A DNA stretch of 64,000 nucleotides from Aplysia californica (Eukaryota), in NCBI RefSeq assembly GCF_000002075.1, contig NW_004797831.1:62001-126000 (forward strand), read 5' to 3'. Below are positions 27,931 to 39,716 of the stretch, piece by piece. The notes under the pieces were generated by a model. The model searched no databases and had not been told where the DNA came from. It saw nothing but the letters and a program-made list of their open reading frames with translations. A program made the position numbers and the translations under genes. Within the stretch, counting starts at the first letter, position 1, and every line of letters starts with the position of its first letter.

Positions 27931-28472
27931 ATATCATGAAGTCTGGCCTCTGAACAAACTTAATAACAAACTACTGAGACAGTCTTTAACATTATAAGTT
28001 TGCCCACACACTACTGCCCCCCCTCACACACACATACACAGTCTTCGCAGTACTATTTATGCCCCCCCTCCAAAAAAAAAAAAAGTCTCGTTTACGCAGT
28101 AAGTAGTAAGCTTTCGAAATGAGAAGAGCCTGGGTCACTTGAAAATATAATAAATTGTTGTATTTAAAATCTCAACATTTAGCAATGGACATATGTAGTT
28201 CTTTTAATAAAGTATCTTGTATTCTACAACTGTACAAAGCATCAGCAGAAAGTCAGATATTCAGGGGAATTATAACAGATAATTAATAAAATTAACTCTC
28301 AAATTAGTAAACAAATATTCTCAACACTCATCACAAATGGCAATTGTTAATTGTAAGATCTTTTTTTCACAGCCACTGATCTATAATCTAACTCAAATAT
28401 TAAAAAAAACCCCAAAAAGCAGTCAGTAATACGTTTAACGACATAACAGTGCAGAATAAAATATAATGGGCT

Positions 28473-31400
28473 TCACACTTCGATGTTTGGGTCTGACTGC
28501 AGGCCGTACTTCTTCCACATTTTTTCCTCATTCCTCAGGGAACTTTTCTCTGTCCTCGTGTGCCAAACAAGAACCTGGGGGTGAAAAAAAGGCAAACGCT
28601 AAATAAATATATATATTATATTTTAAATTATAAAAATAACTCTATGGATAATTGAAAGCGATGAAGATTGACAATTTTACTACAAAGGAGCACAAGCTTC
28701 AATGAAACCTCCACAGCATCAAATCTGTCATTTTATTTGAAATCTTTAGTTTTAAAAATTCCTTCAGTTAAACAAGTCACTATCTATATAAACAAACCCT
28801 GATTCACTCTAACAAGTCGTAAGTCTATTCCTTGCTTTGTTGGGACAAATTTATTTTGAAATATAATGTATACATTAGCATTTTCCACATAAAAGAGAAA
28901 GATTTGGAGCTACAAGTGTGAATTACACACCAAAATGTTAAGAAAAGAAGAAGAAAGATTTGATATGTGAGGACAGTTGTAGTACAGGCAAGCTGAAATG
29001 AGGAAAACAGGAAAACACAATAATGCAGAATCTGTTGAGTGGACATGCTGGTTTCAAAGAGTTAATTAAGACATTACATCCTATTATTATTATTAGTTGT
29101 AAAATGAAAATACTGTGAACAACAAAAACAACTTAAAATATACCCCCAGACAAAAATTGTATACAGCATGAGAACCTCATTTTGAAAGTGGATATAAACA
29201 TTTACAAGAATGAGTTTATGATGCAGTTTTCCTGTAGTAAATGACAATTAGTTTGCAGAATTCTTTTATAGAGTTAAAAACCTGGCCAGATGGTAACGGT
29301 TCACATTCAATAGAATCAAAACATATATATATTGTTAAATGCTAGGCTATGTTTTAAGCTTAACACTTAGTTTCAGGAATCATGGCAAACACAAGACTGT
29401 TTTACCCAAAGCTCCTTCACGGACCTTAAAGAACTGTTTTAAACGTTTTAACTCTCTTCATCCTGACCATCCAACAAGGGACAACCTGTAGGTCCTGAGA
29501 CTGAAGTGGGAAATGATCAGGACTTTAGCAGACATATTTCAAAATGCTGTAACATATTATTCAGGTGTTGCATTTTTAAAAACAGATGAACCCACCCAAG
29601 ACGATGATAATCCATTGTTGAAGTGAAAAGGGGTCATCTCAGACAGGTGGTCCTCTTGAAAATTGTCATTATAACAATATATAGAAAAAAAAGTACGGGT
29701 GGAAGTGTGAAGTGGTCATTTGACTTGTTCAGGTGGTTGTTCGAGCAGGTTTGACTGTATAAGTTTTGTCTTGGTAAAAGAGGGAGTAAATAGAAACGCG
29801 AAAAGTACCCATCCTTTGTCTTTCACATTTATCTTTCACAGACTGAAAATTTAGATTTTAATAACGTCTCTGTGGCCCAGAAGAAAAACAGAATTTTTTT
29901 CTTAGCTGAAACAATTAAAAATGAAAATATAATACACCAAGCAGTTGACATTCAAACAGGTAGCCGTCAATACCTGTATCTCAAAATTAAGTTGGTTCAT
30001 CAAAGTTAAAGGCAAAACAAAAAGGGAAAAAAAATCCCANNNNNNNNNNNNNNNNNNNNNNNNNNNNNNNNNNNNNNNNNNNNNNNNNNNNNNNNNNNNN
30101 NNNNNNNNNNNNNNNNNNNNNNNNNNNNNNNNNNNNNNNNNNNNNNNNNNNNNNNNNNNNNNNNNNNNNNNNNNNNNNNNNNNNNNNNNNNNNNNNNNNN
30201 NNNNNNNNNNNNNNNNNNNNNNNNNNNNNNNNNNNNNNNNNNNNNNNNNNNNNNNNNNNNNNNNNNNNNNNNNNNNNNNTCATGTACTTGCACTTAACTG
30301 TAGGTTTCTCCTGGGATTTTATCATATCAGTTACAGGTTGAATCATGTGTAGTATATATATATATGAGAACTCACTTCAGAGCACATGTTTGCCTTTGGC
30401 TCTAGATCATCAAGGGTGACTCCCAGCCCTGTGAGGAAGGTGGATTCCTGATAGCCTCTCTCAACTTCATTAGAAAATCCAGCGCCTGGATGCGAGTGGA
30501 TCAGAGCCAGGTTCACAGCAAAGCCAGCCATGTCCATGGGGAACGGGCGGGTCGGTTTGAAGTAGGTAAACCATCCTGTCACCTGAAGAAATAACAATGC
30601 ATTTTCTACACACCAGCATAAAAGAAGGAAAGAAAATCTTTTCAACTATATTGCAAAATAGCCTGTTCGCCTATCAAAAAGTACAAAATACTCTTTCGAA
30701 ACATACTTCTACAAAACTTAAAGAGTGAGACTTTGATAATGGCTCATAATAACAACAACAAAAAAATGAATCATAAATCAAGAACCAGACATTTCACAAT
30801 CAGTAAAAGCCCTAAACATTTGGAACCTAATAAATAGTGGGGGTCTGGGGGTCGGGGACTGTGTTCAGTATTTCAAAGGGATGAGCCCAATCAAATTTGG
30901 AATAACAAATATATTTTCCCACTATCCCGGTGCCAACTTCATAAACTTGTTCTCCCTAAGTCTTCTCAACAACCCCCCCCCCCCAAAAAAAAAACCCCAA
31001 CAGAATACTGGTTAAATAATTATAGACAAAGAAATACAAATGTCAAGTTTGGGAAAGAGACAACATAATAAGACTACTTTTCATATGATTCTTACCTGTA
31101 CGACAATTCAATAAGTATGTTCACAATAAGTAGAAAAACTTTAACATCATGGAATTATGAATATATAAAGGAAAACAAGTACATTTACTGAAGCATAGAC
31201 AAAATTCACCCACACTGTATTAAACTTACTTTTCCGTCTGTCACAATAGGGGTTTCATACCGTAAATAACCCACAATGCCAACAGGCCAGACTGATACTT
31301 TCTTCGTGAATCTCATCTGTAAAAATATTGATAAATAAGCATATATATTATGTATTCCTCATATTGGTATTTCAACACATGTATCTAAAGGCAACAGATA

Positions 31401-33311
31401 TCTGAATTCAAAGTATCTTTCATCAAAAGGAATAAATGGCTAAAATACAAGCTGTTTAAAGAGTGTGAAAACATATTTAAATAAAAGTAAAAGGTAATCA
31501 AAAAAATGTCTACAAATGTATAAATAACAATAATGACTACATAATGATACTCCTAAAACCTATACCAAATAAAGTCTCCCAAATCAAAAGGAAAATAGAA
31601 ATAAAAAACTAAAAAAAGAGATTCAGATACCCTAACTGATGCTAAATCAAGGAACATTGAAAAGCAAAGATTCCATTGAAACTCATATGATATGATGAAA
31701 GAAATATTTAAAGTCCATTGAACTGGAACACAACATAACGAGTCCTTTCATTTCAGGCAAACAGAAATTGAAATCTCCCCCCCCCCCTCAAAAAAAAAAA
31801 TTAACTTCAATACATACAATATGAATAGTCAATCAGTATGAACATTATTTTGAGTATCAGGTGAGTAAGAATAGTTTACCTCCTCGAACAACCGCAAACT
31901 GTAAGTGTTATCATCATCAACAAAGAACAAGACGCCTGGTTGTTTCTTGGTATTGCTCCTCAACCAGGCAAGACCAGCATTGCGCTGCAAAACACCCCGA
32001 GGCTTCAGCCAGCTGGGGTCATTGGAAGCTAGTTTGAAATGTGCTGGTGTAGCAACATTTAAATGAGTATAGTTGAAGCCCGTCTGTTTTAAGAAACGAG
32101 CCACGAGATTTGTTTTTGCATCAGCGTCTTCGATGACAATCCAGTGTATGTTTTTCACGTGCATCAGTGTTTGGCTCAGGCGGGTCAGTTCCGCCTTTTG
32201 TTCCATCCGAGTGTATGTCGGTGTAATGAGGTAAATGACTGGAAGCCCTGGAACCCACTTAGACTTTCCGTCGGAGGACAAGGAAGACAACTGCTGCTCC
32301 GCCTCTTTCAATTTTTTCTTGAGGATAAACTGGTCATTTTTCAGTTCCTGGTTCTGTTCATGATAGTTGTCCAGTAATCTCTTCGTAGCTCTCAGCTCCT
32401 CACTTTCACATTCTCGAACTGGAAAGAGTAAAAACTGTTCTGTTCAACTTTCAAAAGACAAAAGAGTACTTCTAATGAATTTCCATGTAAAAGCAGCCCT
32501 CAGATAAAGCAATAATACCTATTTACTATAATAATTACTTTTAAACAAAAAAGCTATACTGTACTACCGCAAGAAAACTGATGTTAAAAAACCCCGAAAC
32601 ACACTAAAAGAAACCTCAGAAACTATAGTAAACTTCTAGCTTCACTCACTATTGATGTAAGGGGTTTTAACAAGGATGTTAGACCCACCACCCAAACCTA
32701 GACCACACAAAGTAAGTTGCAATGAAAAGAAAACCACAATTCAGAGGACATTAAAATTCAGGCAATCATCTGCACTGAACATTTGATGCTACAAAAACCT
32801 CTATAATGCAGACAAGTAAAGTAGCAAAATGAGCACACACTGGATAAATAGCTTAAACAAATGTAAATATATTTATTTTAATCCGAAAAAAATAATACTT
32901 CACACGATTTAATCCACCTGCATCTGTTGGAAATGTATATAAATAGTTTTACAGCTTTTAGACACCCCATAATCAAACCCATTTTCAAACTTTGGCCAAA
33001 ACTGGCACCGATATATCTGGCATGGGAAATGAACTCCAGAATTCACTTCTTTTTTCACAAAACATGATTTATCTCTCATTTAACAACAAGCACTAACTTT
33101 TATTCTTTCTCTTTTACAAAATTTAGGTGAAGAAAAGAAATAATTTTTCTCAAGTTCAGAAAAGTCACATTTTGTTATAATTATAATACATTGTCCACAT
33201 CAACTCCAAATACTCACATGTATCATAAATCATCAGCACCACAAAGAAAGCCATGGCCACTACGCACCAAAAAAGGAAGCGAGAGGGTGTACACACACGT
33301 CTCAACTGCAT
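28473..33311 (-). CDS. B3GAT3: Galactosylgalactosylxylosylprotein 3-beta-glucuronosyltransferase (GT43, B3GAT/GlcAT family; 342 aa, 5 coding exons)
   Basis: Exons 33311-33218, 32418-31880, 31316-31230, 30582-30376, 28574-28473 (1029 nt). Type II anchor [18 protein letters not shown]; motifs [35 protein letters not shown] (DxD), [30 protein letters not shown]. The family is certain; the exact vertebrate orthologue is not. Confidence 0.92.
30040..30280. other. Assembly gap in the last B3GAT intron
   Basis: Run of N. The flanking exons join as [19 protein letters not shown], so no coding exon appears to be missing. Confidence 1.
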
Positions 33312-34075
33312 ATTAGAATGTCTGTTGGAGTCATACAACAATAATTTGGCTACTTCTTGTCAACTGGTAGTCTGTGAGGTAGCTGCGTCAGCCATTTTCA
33401 CTGCAAAATGAAAAAATAAATAAATTTATAAACAAGAGAAAGAAAATCAGAACTACTCAATTACAGAGCTAGCATGTTCACTCATCAAGAAGTGCAAAAT
33501 ACTCTTTCAAAACATACTTCTACAAAACTCAAAGGCTCACTTTGATTTTGATGATGGTCCATAATTTTTAGACAATGAATCGTGATGCAAATATAATGGC
33601 TTACCCTGCTTTGAACATCGCCTAAAATGGTTTGGACATTGTCAAGACCACTACCAGACAGTATAATAGCCAAAGCGTACAACCAGAGAGCAGATGGATA
33701 CAGAGAGAGGCAGGCTCGGGAAAAGATGGATTAAGGGGGAAAGAAAAACATTAGACAAAACAGTAACCATGCAACAGGCAATACAACAAAACATTAGACA
33801 AAACAATAACCATGCAACACGCAAACAAGAGGAAGACTTTTTCTTCTCTCCTCGACATGGTAAGGCCACAGTGGCTCGGAAAAGTAAAAAGTAAACTAAG
33901 AACAACTTGTGAAAGATGTCCAGATATAATAATTAAAATGATAAACTAGTACTAGTTCTGTTACATTTATTTAGTATTTTTAAAAATAGTCGTAGCAGCC
34001 ACTGAACAAAAAAGATAAATACTTTTCTTATATTTAATCAGTATAGTATAGCATATAATATATAATGAGAAGCAT

Positions 34076-34478
34076 CGAGGTGGAATCAGGTGGTCGTCAA
34101 AATAATGAAATTGAAGGAGCCAGCATTTTTTCCATTGCCACCAGTTTGGCAATTTCTATCAATTTTTTTCTCTCGCTTTTTAACACTTTTAATGTCCATT
34201 TACAAACACATGTCTGAGTCAATTTTACCAAAAATTGTTGATTAAAGGCACAACAAATGTAAATTTTTACTTTTCAAGGACTCTCAAGCTATGGAAGTCA
34301 CCACACTTTTCTCCTAATTTTACCTCAGAAACCAGGTGACCTCCCACCTCTTTCAATCGCACATATCTCAACTTCTATTCAAGATAGAAGGGTATTTTCT
34401 TCACCAAAAGCAAGACAAACAAACAAGTTTTAAGATGCTACCAATAACTCCAAGCCCCAACAAGGGCGCCTGATTCCT
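34076..34478. mobile_element. MITE family with consensus TIR GGAATCAGGCGCTCGTC; other copies at about 44888-45160 and 54600-55015
   Basis: Three colinear copies with inverted ends GGAATCAGGCGCTCGTC / GACGAGCGCCTGATTCC; the superfamily is uncertain. Confidence 0.7.
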
Positions 34479-34764
34479 TCCATCCCCACCCCCCAACTCA
34501 CACACACACACACATCCTTAAAAAAAAAAAAAGCCAGATCTATGGCATTCTTAGGCAAGCGACCACAAGAGGTTGGGGCCTCAGAAGGGAATGGTTTGTT
34601 TTCTTCTTTTTGATAGTCCTGTCGAAGACAGCTAGATGATGTAACATGAAGCTACAGCGAACACCTAGCACACTTCTGTGATTGGCCCAAATATAGAGGG
34701 TATATTTCTGCCATCTATTTTTGTCGTCTTCCGGGGCTTCCCTAGCAAGTAGACTAGATCTCAC

Positions 34765-35100
34765 CGTGGTGGGCCCATGCCATGGGCAACGTCACAAGGT
34801 TTCATCGCCGACTGCTTGGGCTGCGTGTGCACGCGCACGCTTGTGTGTGAGTGTGCGCGTGTGTGTACAACTTTGAGGAGAAGGTAAATAAATGGAACGA
34901 GAATTGCTGAGATTGTTTTTAAAAGATAACACAAATTAATAAACCCCCCCCAAAAAACACACAATCTAACTCCCCCCCCAAACAATCCCGGCAAGATCTA
35001 GTGAACAGTTACCAGCAAAGGAACCCAAGAGTCTGGGGGAAACCCCGGAAGACGACAAAAATAGATGGCGGAAATATGTCATCTATATTTGCGCCATAGA
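34765..35100 (-). promoter_or_regulatory. Probable promoter and non-coding first exon of the B3GAT gene
   Basis: CpG-rich patch with a GTGAG donor at 34764 (minus), which could splice to the acceptor at 33401-33402. TGCACGCGCA (NRF1-like) and AGATGGCGG (YY1-like) motifs lie nearby. The upstream boundary is approximate. Confidence 0.5.
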
Positions 35101-35431
35101 TGTACACTATAGGCACTAGATACAGTATGCCCATCTCTCGCCTTACTGCGCGATGTCCACATTCGACAGCAGCGTTCGCCACGTTTTTTGGGGCAAGCTG
35201 TGCAAAGGAGTTAATGGTAGGCCTAAAGCAATATGGGCTAGGCCTAGGCATGTTTTCTCTCTCATACGCGATAGGCGAGGCATGGACCTTGTTGATTTTT
35301 TTTTTACATGAACGCCCTGGCATACTAGAGTCTATATCTAGATTACTAAATAGCATAATACAGCGTTCTTTCTACAACTAAGTTTACAAAAAAATGTATA
35401 ATTAAATAGATAGAGATAGAGATAATTATAT

Positions 35432-36942
35432 GGCCGGCACTATTTCTCTGAACGTTCGGGAAAATAAAGCTAGGCACTATTTCTCCGAAAGTTTGGGAAA
35501 ATAAAGCTGGGCACTATTTCTCCGAACGTTCGGGAAAATAAAGCTGGGCACTATTTCTCCGAACACTCTGAAATCTCACCCTTTCCTGCAAATTTCGGAT
35601 ATTATAGATATTAGATCTATAATTATGGTATAGGCCTACCAAAGATTGTTCGTATACAATATGGTTCAATCGGTCCAAAAAATGTCCGCAGTAAATATTT
35701 ATATAAAGAAATGCTACAATTCCAAACAGTTTTTCGCTACAGATATGACGTGTTGCCTATGAAGGACGTAATGTGTTGTGTTCACTTGTGTGCTGTCTAG
35801 ATCTAGATCTACGGAGGGTTATTGATAACGACACATAGAACTGGCATCTGCGTTTGTCACTGCTGCGGCCAATTTATTGTCCTGACACTGGCAAGCCCCT
35901 TAATGTGTGTGATTCCATAATTTACATGTAATATCCTGTACTTTAAAAAAAAATTATGCACATTTCAGGTTAAAACAGCCAATCTTCTTCGGACAGGTGG
36001 ACACACGCCCTTATTTGTTAATGTTTGTTGTTGTTTATGGGCTGTTTTAATTTTGATTTCTTTCTGTTGTGAAACCTTTCTTTTTCACGTTTTTACACTC
36101 ATCTAAAAATCCCTAGACTAGCTCTTGAAAATTGAAATAGATACAGACCCAAAAATTTGCTCCTGAGTGTGTGTGTATGTATGATGTGCGTGTGTGAGTG
36201 TGTCTGTGTGTGGTAGTAAGTGGAGAGTGAGGAGTGTGTGTAATGTGTGTGTTTGTTTTTCGGGCTTTATTTCAGCCTTTTTTCAGTGACAGTTCAAAGT
36301 ATACAAAAATAGAAACACAGGATCCATTCACTCCAGGGCTCACGAGTCGTTCGTCTCTTTCAGTTTCACACATTCATTCAATTCTCGTGTTCTCTCGGGC
36401 GGCTCATCCCCGTCCGCTTGACTTCCATACCCCACCCCTCCCTCCAGGCACACACAAAGAAAATCTCACTCATTCCCTTGCACCCTGCGAACCATGGACA
36501 GTAATGTAGGCAAAACACTGCCTGAGCTGCATTCCTTTTGTTCGTGAGCTGTGGACCAGGCCAGGGGGGTCGGTGTCGTCGTCTTGTAGTTGCTGTCGCC
36601 TGTGGATACACTCGAACATTCTTCCTTTCACCCGCTCTTTCACTCACACTGTCTCTCCATCCACAGCTCAGCTCTTCATACATTCAAAGGTTGCCCACTG
36701 GTCATGTTTAGTGTGTGTGTACATGTGCATGATGGTGGTGGGTGTATGGTGGGTGTTACTGAAGGTTGTCTGTAGGCGGGCTTGCCATGCGGTGTTCTTT
36801 CCCAGACCAGAGGCAGAATGAAAGTTTGCGCCGAACTCTCGCAATAAATAGGCAAAAAAACACGAGACCGGAAGCCGGAAACCGTTCGGAGAAATAAAGA
36901 TCGGCACTATTTCTCTGAACGTTCGGAGAAATAGTCACTTCG
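35432..36942. mobile_element. Non-autonomous MULE/foldback-like DNA transposon E1 (1511 bp)
   Basis: Exact 9-bp TSD TAATTATAT (35423-35431 and 36943-36951). Inverted subterminal repeats are built from CTATTTCTCCGAACGTTCGG. Confidence 0.85.
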
Positions 36943-37914
36943 TAATTATATAGATCTAGGCTTTAAAAAGAAGAAAAACCCCCCCCTTACTTTAATTCTT
37001 CATCAGCACTTTATCTATGAGGTGGTTTATTTCTTATTGACTGAATCAAAGCGTAGATCTATAGATCTAGGGCCTATAGATCTAAAACTTTTAAAAAGAA
37101 GTATGAAAAGATGTGGGTGTCATGGGAACCTCCCAAACTTCAAGTTGGCCTAACCAGTGAACCACCCCGCCCTCTCTCCTCCCAAATCCCAGTGGCAATA
37201 ATACGAACACCCCCCCCAATCAAATATATGAGTTTTGGCATTAAATTAAATCAAGATGAGCCATAGAAAAGAAATTCCAGAGTTTTTCTGCCATCAGGTG
37301 TAGGAAGGCAATGATCATATAAGCTCTTGATAAAGCAAATATGAAATGACAGACAGGGTGAACGTCTTTCAGACTCAGACTCAGAGGTTCACTTTTTAGG
37401 TTAGGTCTACGACGTGTGATATTATAAATACAGAGATCATTGTGAAGAAACAAACTTGCAAAACACTTACATGGATAAGGCCATCATACTAGATCTACTA
37501 CCGTGACATCTTAATTGAAACAAAATGATTTTAAAATTTCGATGTCTGATGTTCCAACTTCCAACTCTCCGAGGAAAGAACCGAAAGTAGGAACTGAACG
37601 AATGAAACGTTTACAACAAAGGTGAAAGGTCAAAATGAAAACTAGATTTTGAGGCAGTGCCAAGTTGATATTGAATGTGATCGTTCTATTTGTAAATGTT
37701 TTTCTCGACATGTGGGATTATTGCTCTAGAAAATTCACCAAAACATCTTTTGGAAGTAATAAAAAGTGATACAGTTTTTCTTTTGATCCTCTGATCTTGA
37801 CAACACTTTGTAACGAATGCTCCTTATTCGTGCAAGTTTTGAAAGCAGCAGACGGAAAGAAACCTGGTTAGAAAAGGCAGTTGTTTGTGATGGTCACATG
37901 ATCTATGTGACAAA

Positions 37915-39644
37915 ATGTCGTCGGAACGGTTTGAGTCACTTGAGGATGATGTGAATAACATCATAGACAACCTCAAAGAAATTGAAAGGAAAGCTGTTTC
38001 TCTTTCAGGAGGTAGGGTTCGGTAGAAATGTTTTGAAGTTTCCAAGATTGAAGGTTGAAATTGAGACTTGTAGATCTTTTAGTCTTACACTTGATTAGGT
38101 TCCAGAACTGATGGAAGTCTTCAGAGAGACGACGGATCCTAGTTCTATGATTCTGTCCAAAAACTCCTCGCCCCTCCCTCAGCAGGGCCCATCTTACAGT
38201 AACCTTTACAGCCTTCCAGTAGGCCTAACCGATTGCTGATTAGTCTGCCAGTGTTGCGGAGGCTTAAAACTGAGCTTACCCTACCCTGGCTTTGAGTCAT
38301 TCTCTTCAGCTCCTCTCTCCACCCCTCTTCTTTTGTTGTTGTTATTTTGAATTTTGACTTTGTCACTGAACACTGAGCCACCCCACAAGCCAGCCAGAAG
38401 AGTCACTGACAGCACCGATGGGTCAGCCCAGAATAAAGACCCAGTGAGACGCTTTGCTTTCGAAATAATGCAGGTCTATAAAACTATTTTGTCTTTAGGT
38501 TGTGAACTCTCGCAAAAGGAAGAGGCTAGCCGTACTTTATGACGGCTAGACTGGCAGTCTAGCCGTACTTATTTATTCTTAATATGATGGCTGGACTGAC
38601 CATTTACAAAAAGGTAGTGTCAATTGCCACCGAGTGACGCGGTGGCAATTGACAAAAATTGACTTTTTGTCAATTGCCACCAAGTAAATTGGAGCTCTTT
38701 TGTGTTGGTGGGTAGATCTAGCTTATTGTGCTTGAGCTCAGTGTTGTGCGTTCGCCTCTCTGTCCCTCTGTGTGTGTGTGTACTGTGTGTGTGTGTGTGT
38801 GTGTGTTTGTGTGTTTTCCTGACCCCCATCCCCCGATTTATGTTCCCCGATATAACTTGAATTTCTGCTTGAGTTTGTGTGCGTTTGTGACCTTCTACTT
38901 CTAGAATTGCCCGTGCCGGTTCTACACCAAAGTGTAGGCTAAGGCTAGCCTAGATCTAGGCATACGTCTCATTGAAAACACGCCAAGTTGGTACCGTAGT
39001 TCTAGACTAGATCTAGATTTTGGATGCTTGTCCAATGAAATTAGTTCAGAACAAATTGACCCATTAGACACACATTATGTATAATGCTAAAGATAGAGTG
39101 TTGTTTTCAGACTTGACACCGCTTCACTCGGTGGCAATTGATAAAAAGTCAATTTTTGTCAAGGGAGTGTATACAGACCCGGTAACCGGGAACAAAGTCA
39201 CAAAGTATACAGACCCGGTAAAGGGACTCTTTTGTGATTTCGGAGAATTTCAGCGCCCTCTTGGCTCAGGGTAGATCTAGGTTCTTCTAGATCTGTGGCC
39301 TAGATCTAGATAGACAGACTTAAATCTTTGATCTAGTTTTGCGGCTAGCCTAGATCTAAATGAAGATTGTGGATGTCTTTTCGATGAACGATCGTTTTTC
39401 CTCCGTTTTGGAGTTGGAGGAATCACAATTTGAAGAAAAGAACAAGTTACAATGTCATAATTTCAATCAAGCAGTCCCCCCTCTCTCTCTCTCTCTCTCT
39501 CTCCTCTGTGTATGGCTCGCCTTCTCTTTTTCTTTGTTTGTTTCTGTCTTTCTTTGTCCCCACCTATTTCCAACTCTTATCTTTCTCTCGTTCCCTCCTG
39601 CCAACTGGGGCATGTCATACATTTTGCTAACAACCCCCCCCCCT

Positions 39645-39716
<72 letters not shown>

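Noticed and set aside
29945-30352. ORFs spanning N runs (also 10144-10398)
   Set aside because: Artefacts of assembly gaps.
33360-33362. Selenocysteine codon in B3GAT
   Set aside because: The TGA lies in a non-catalytic N-terminal extension, GT43 enzymes are not known selenoproteins, and I could not support a SECIS by eye.
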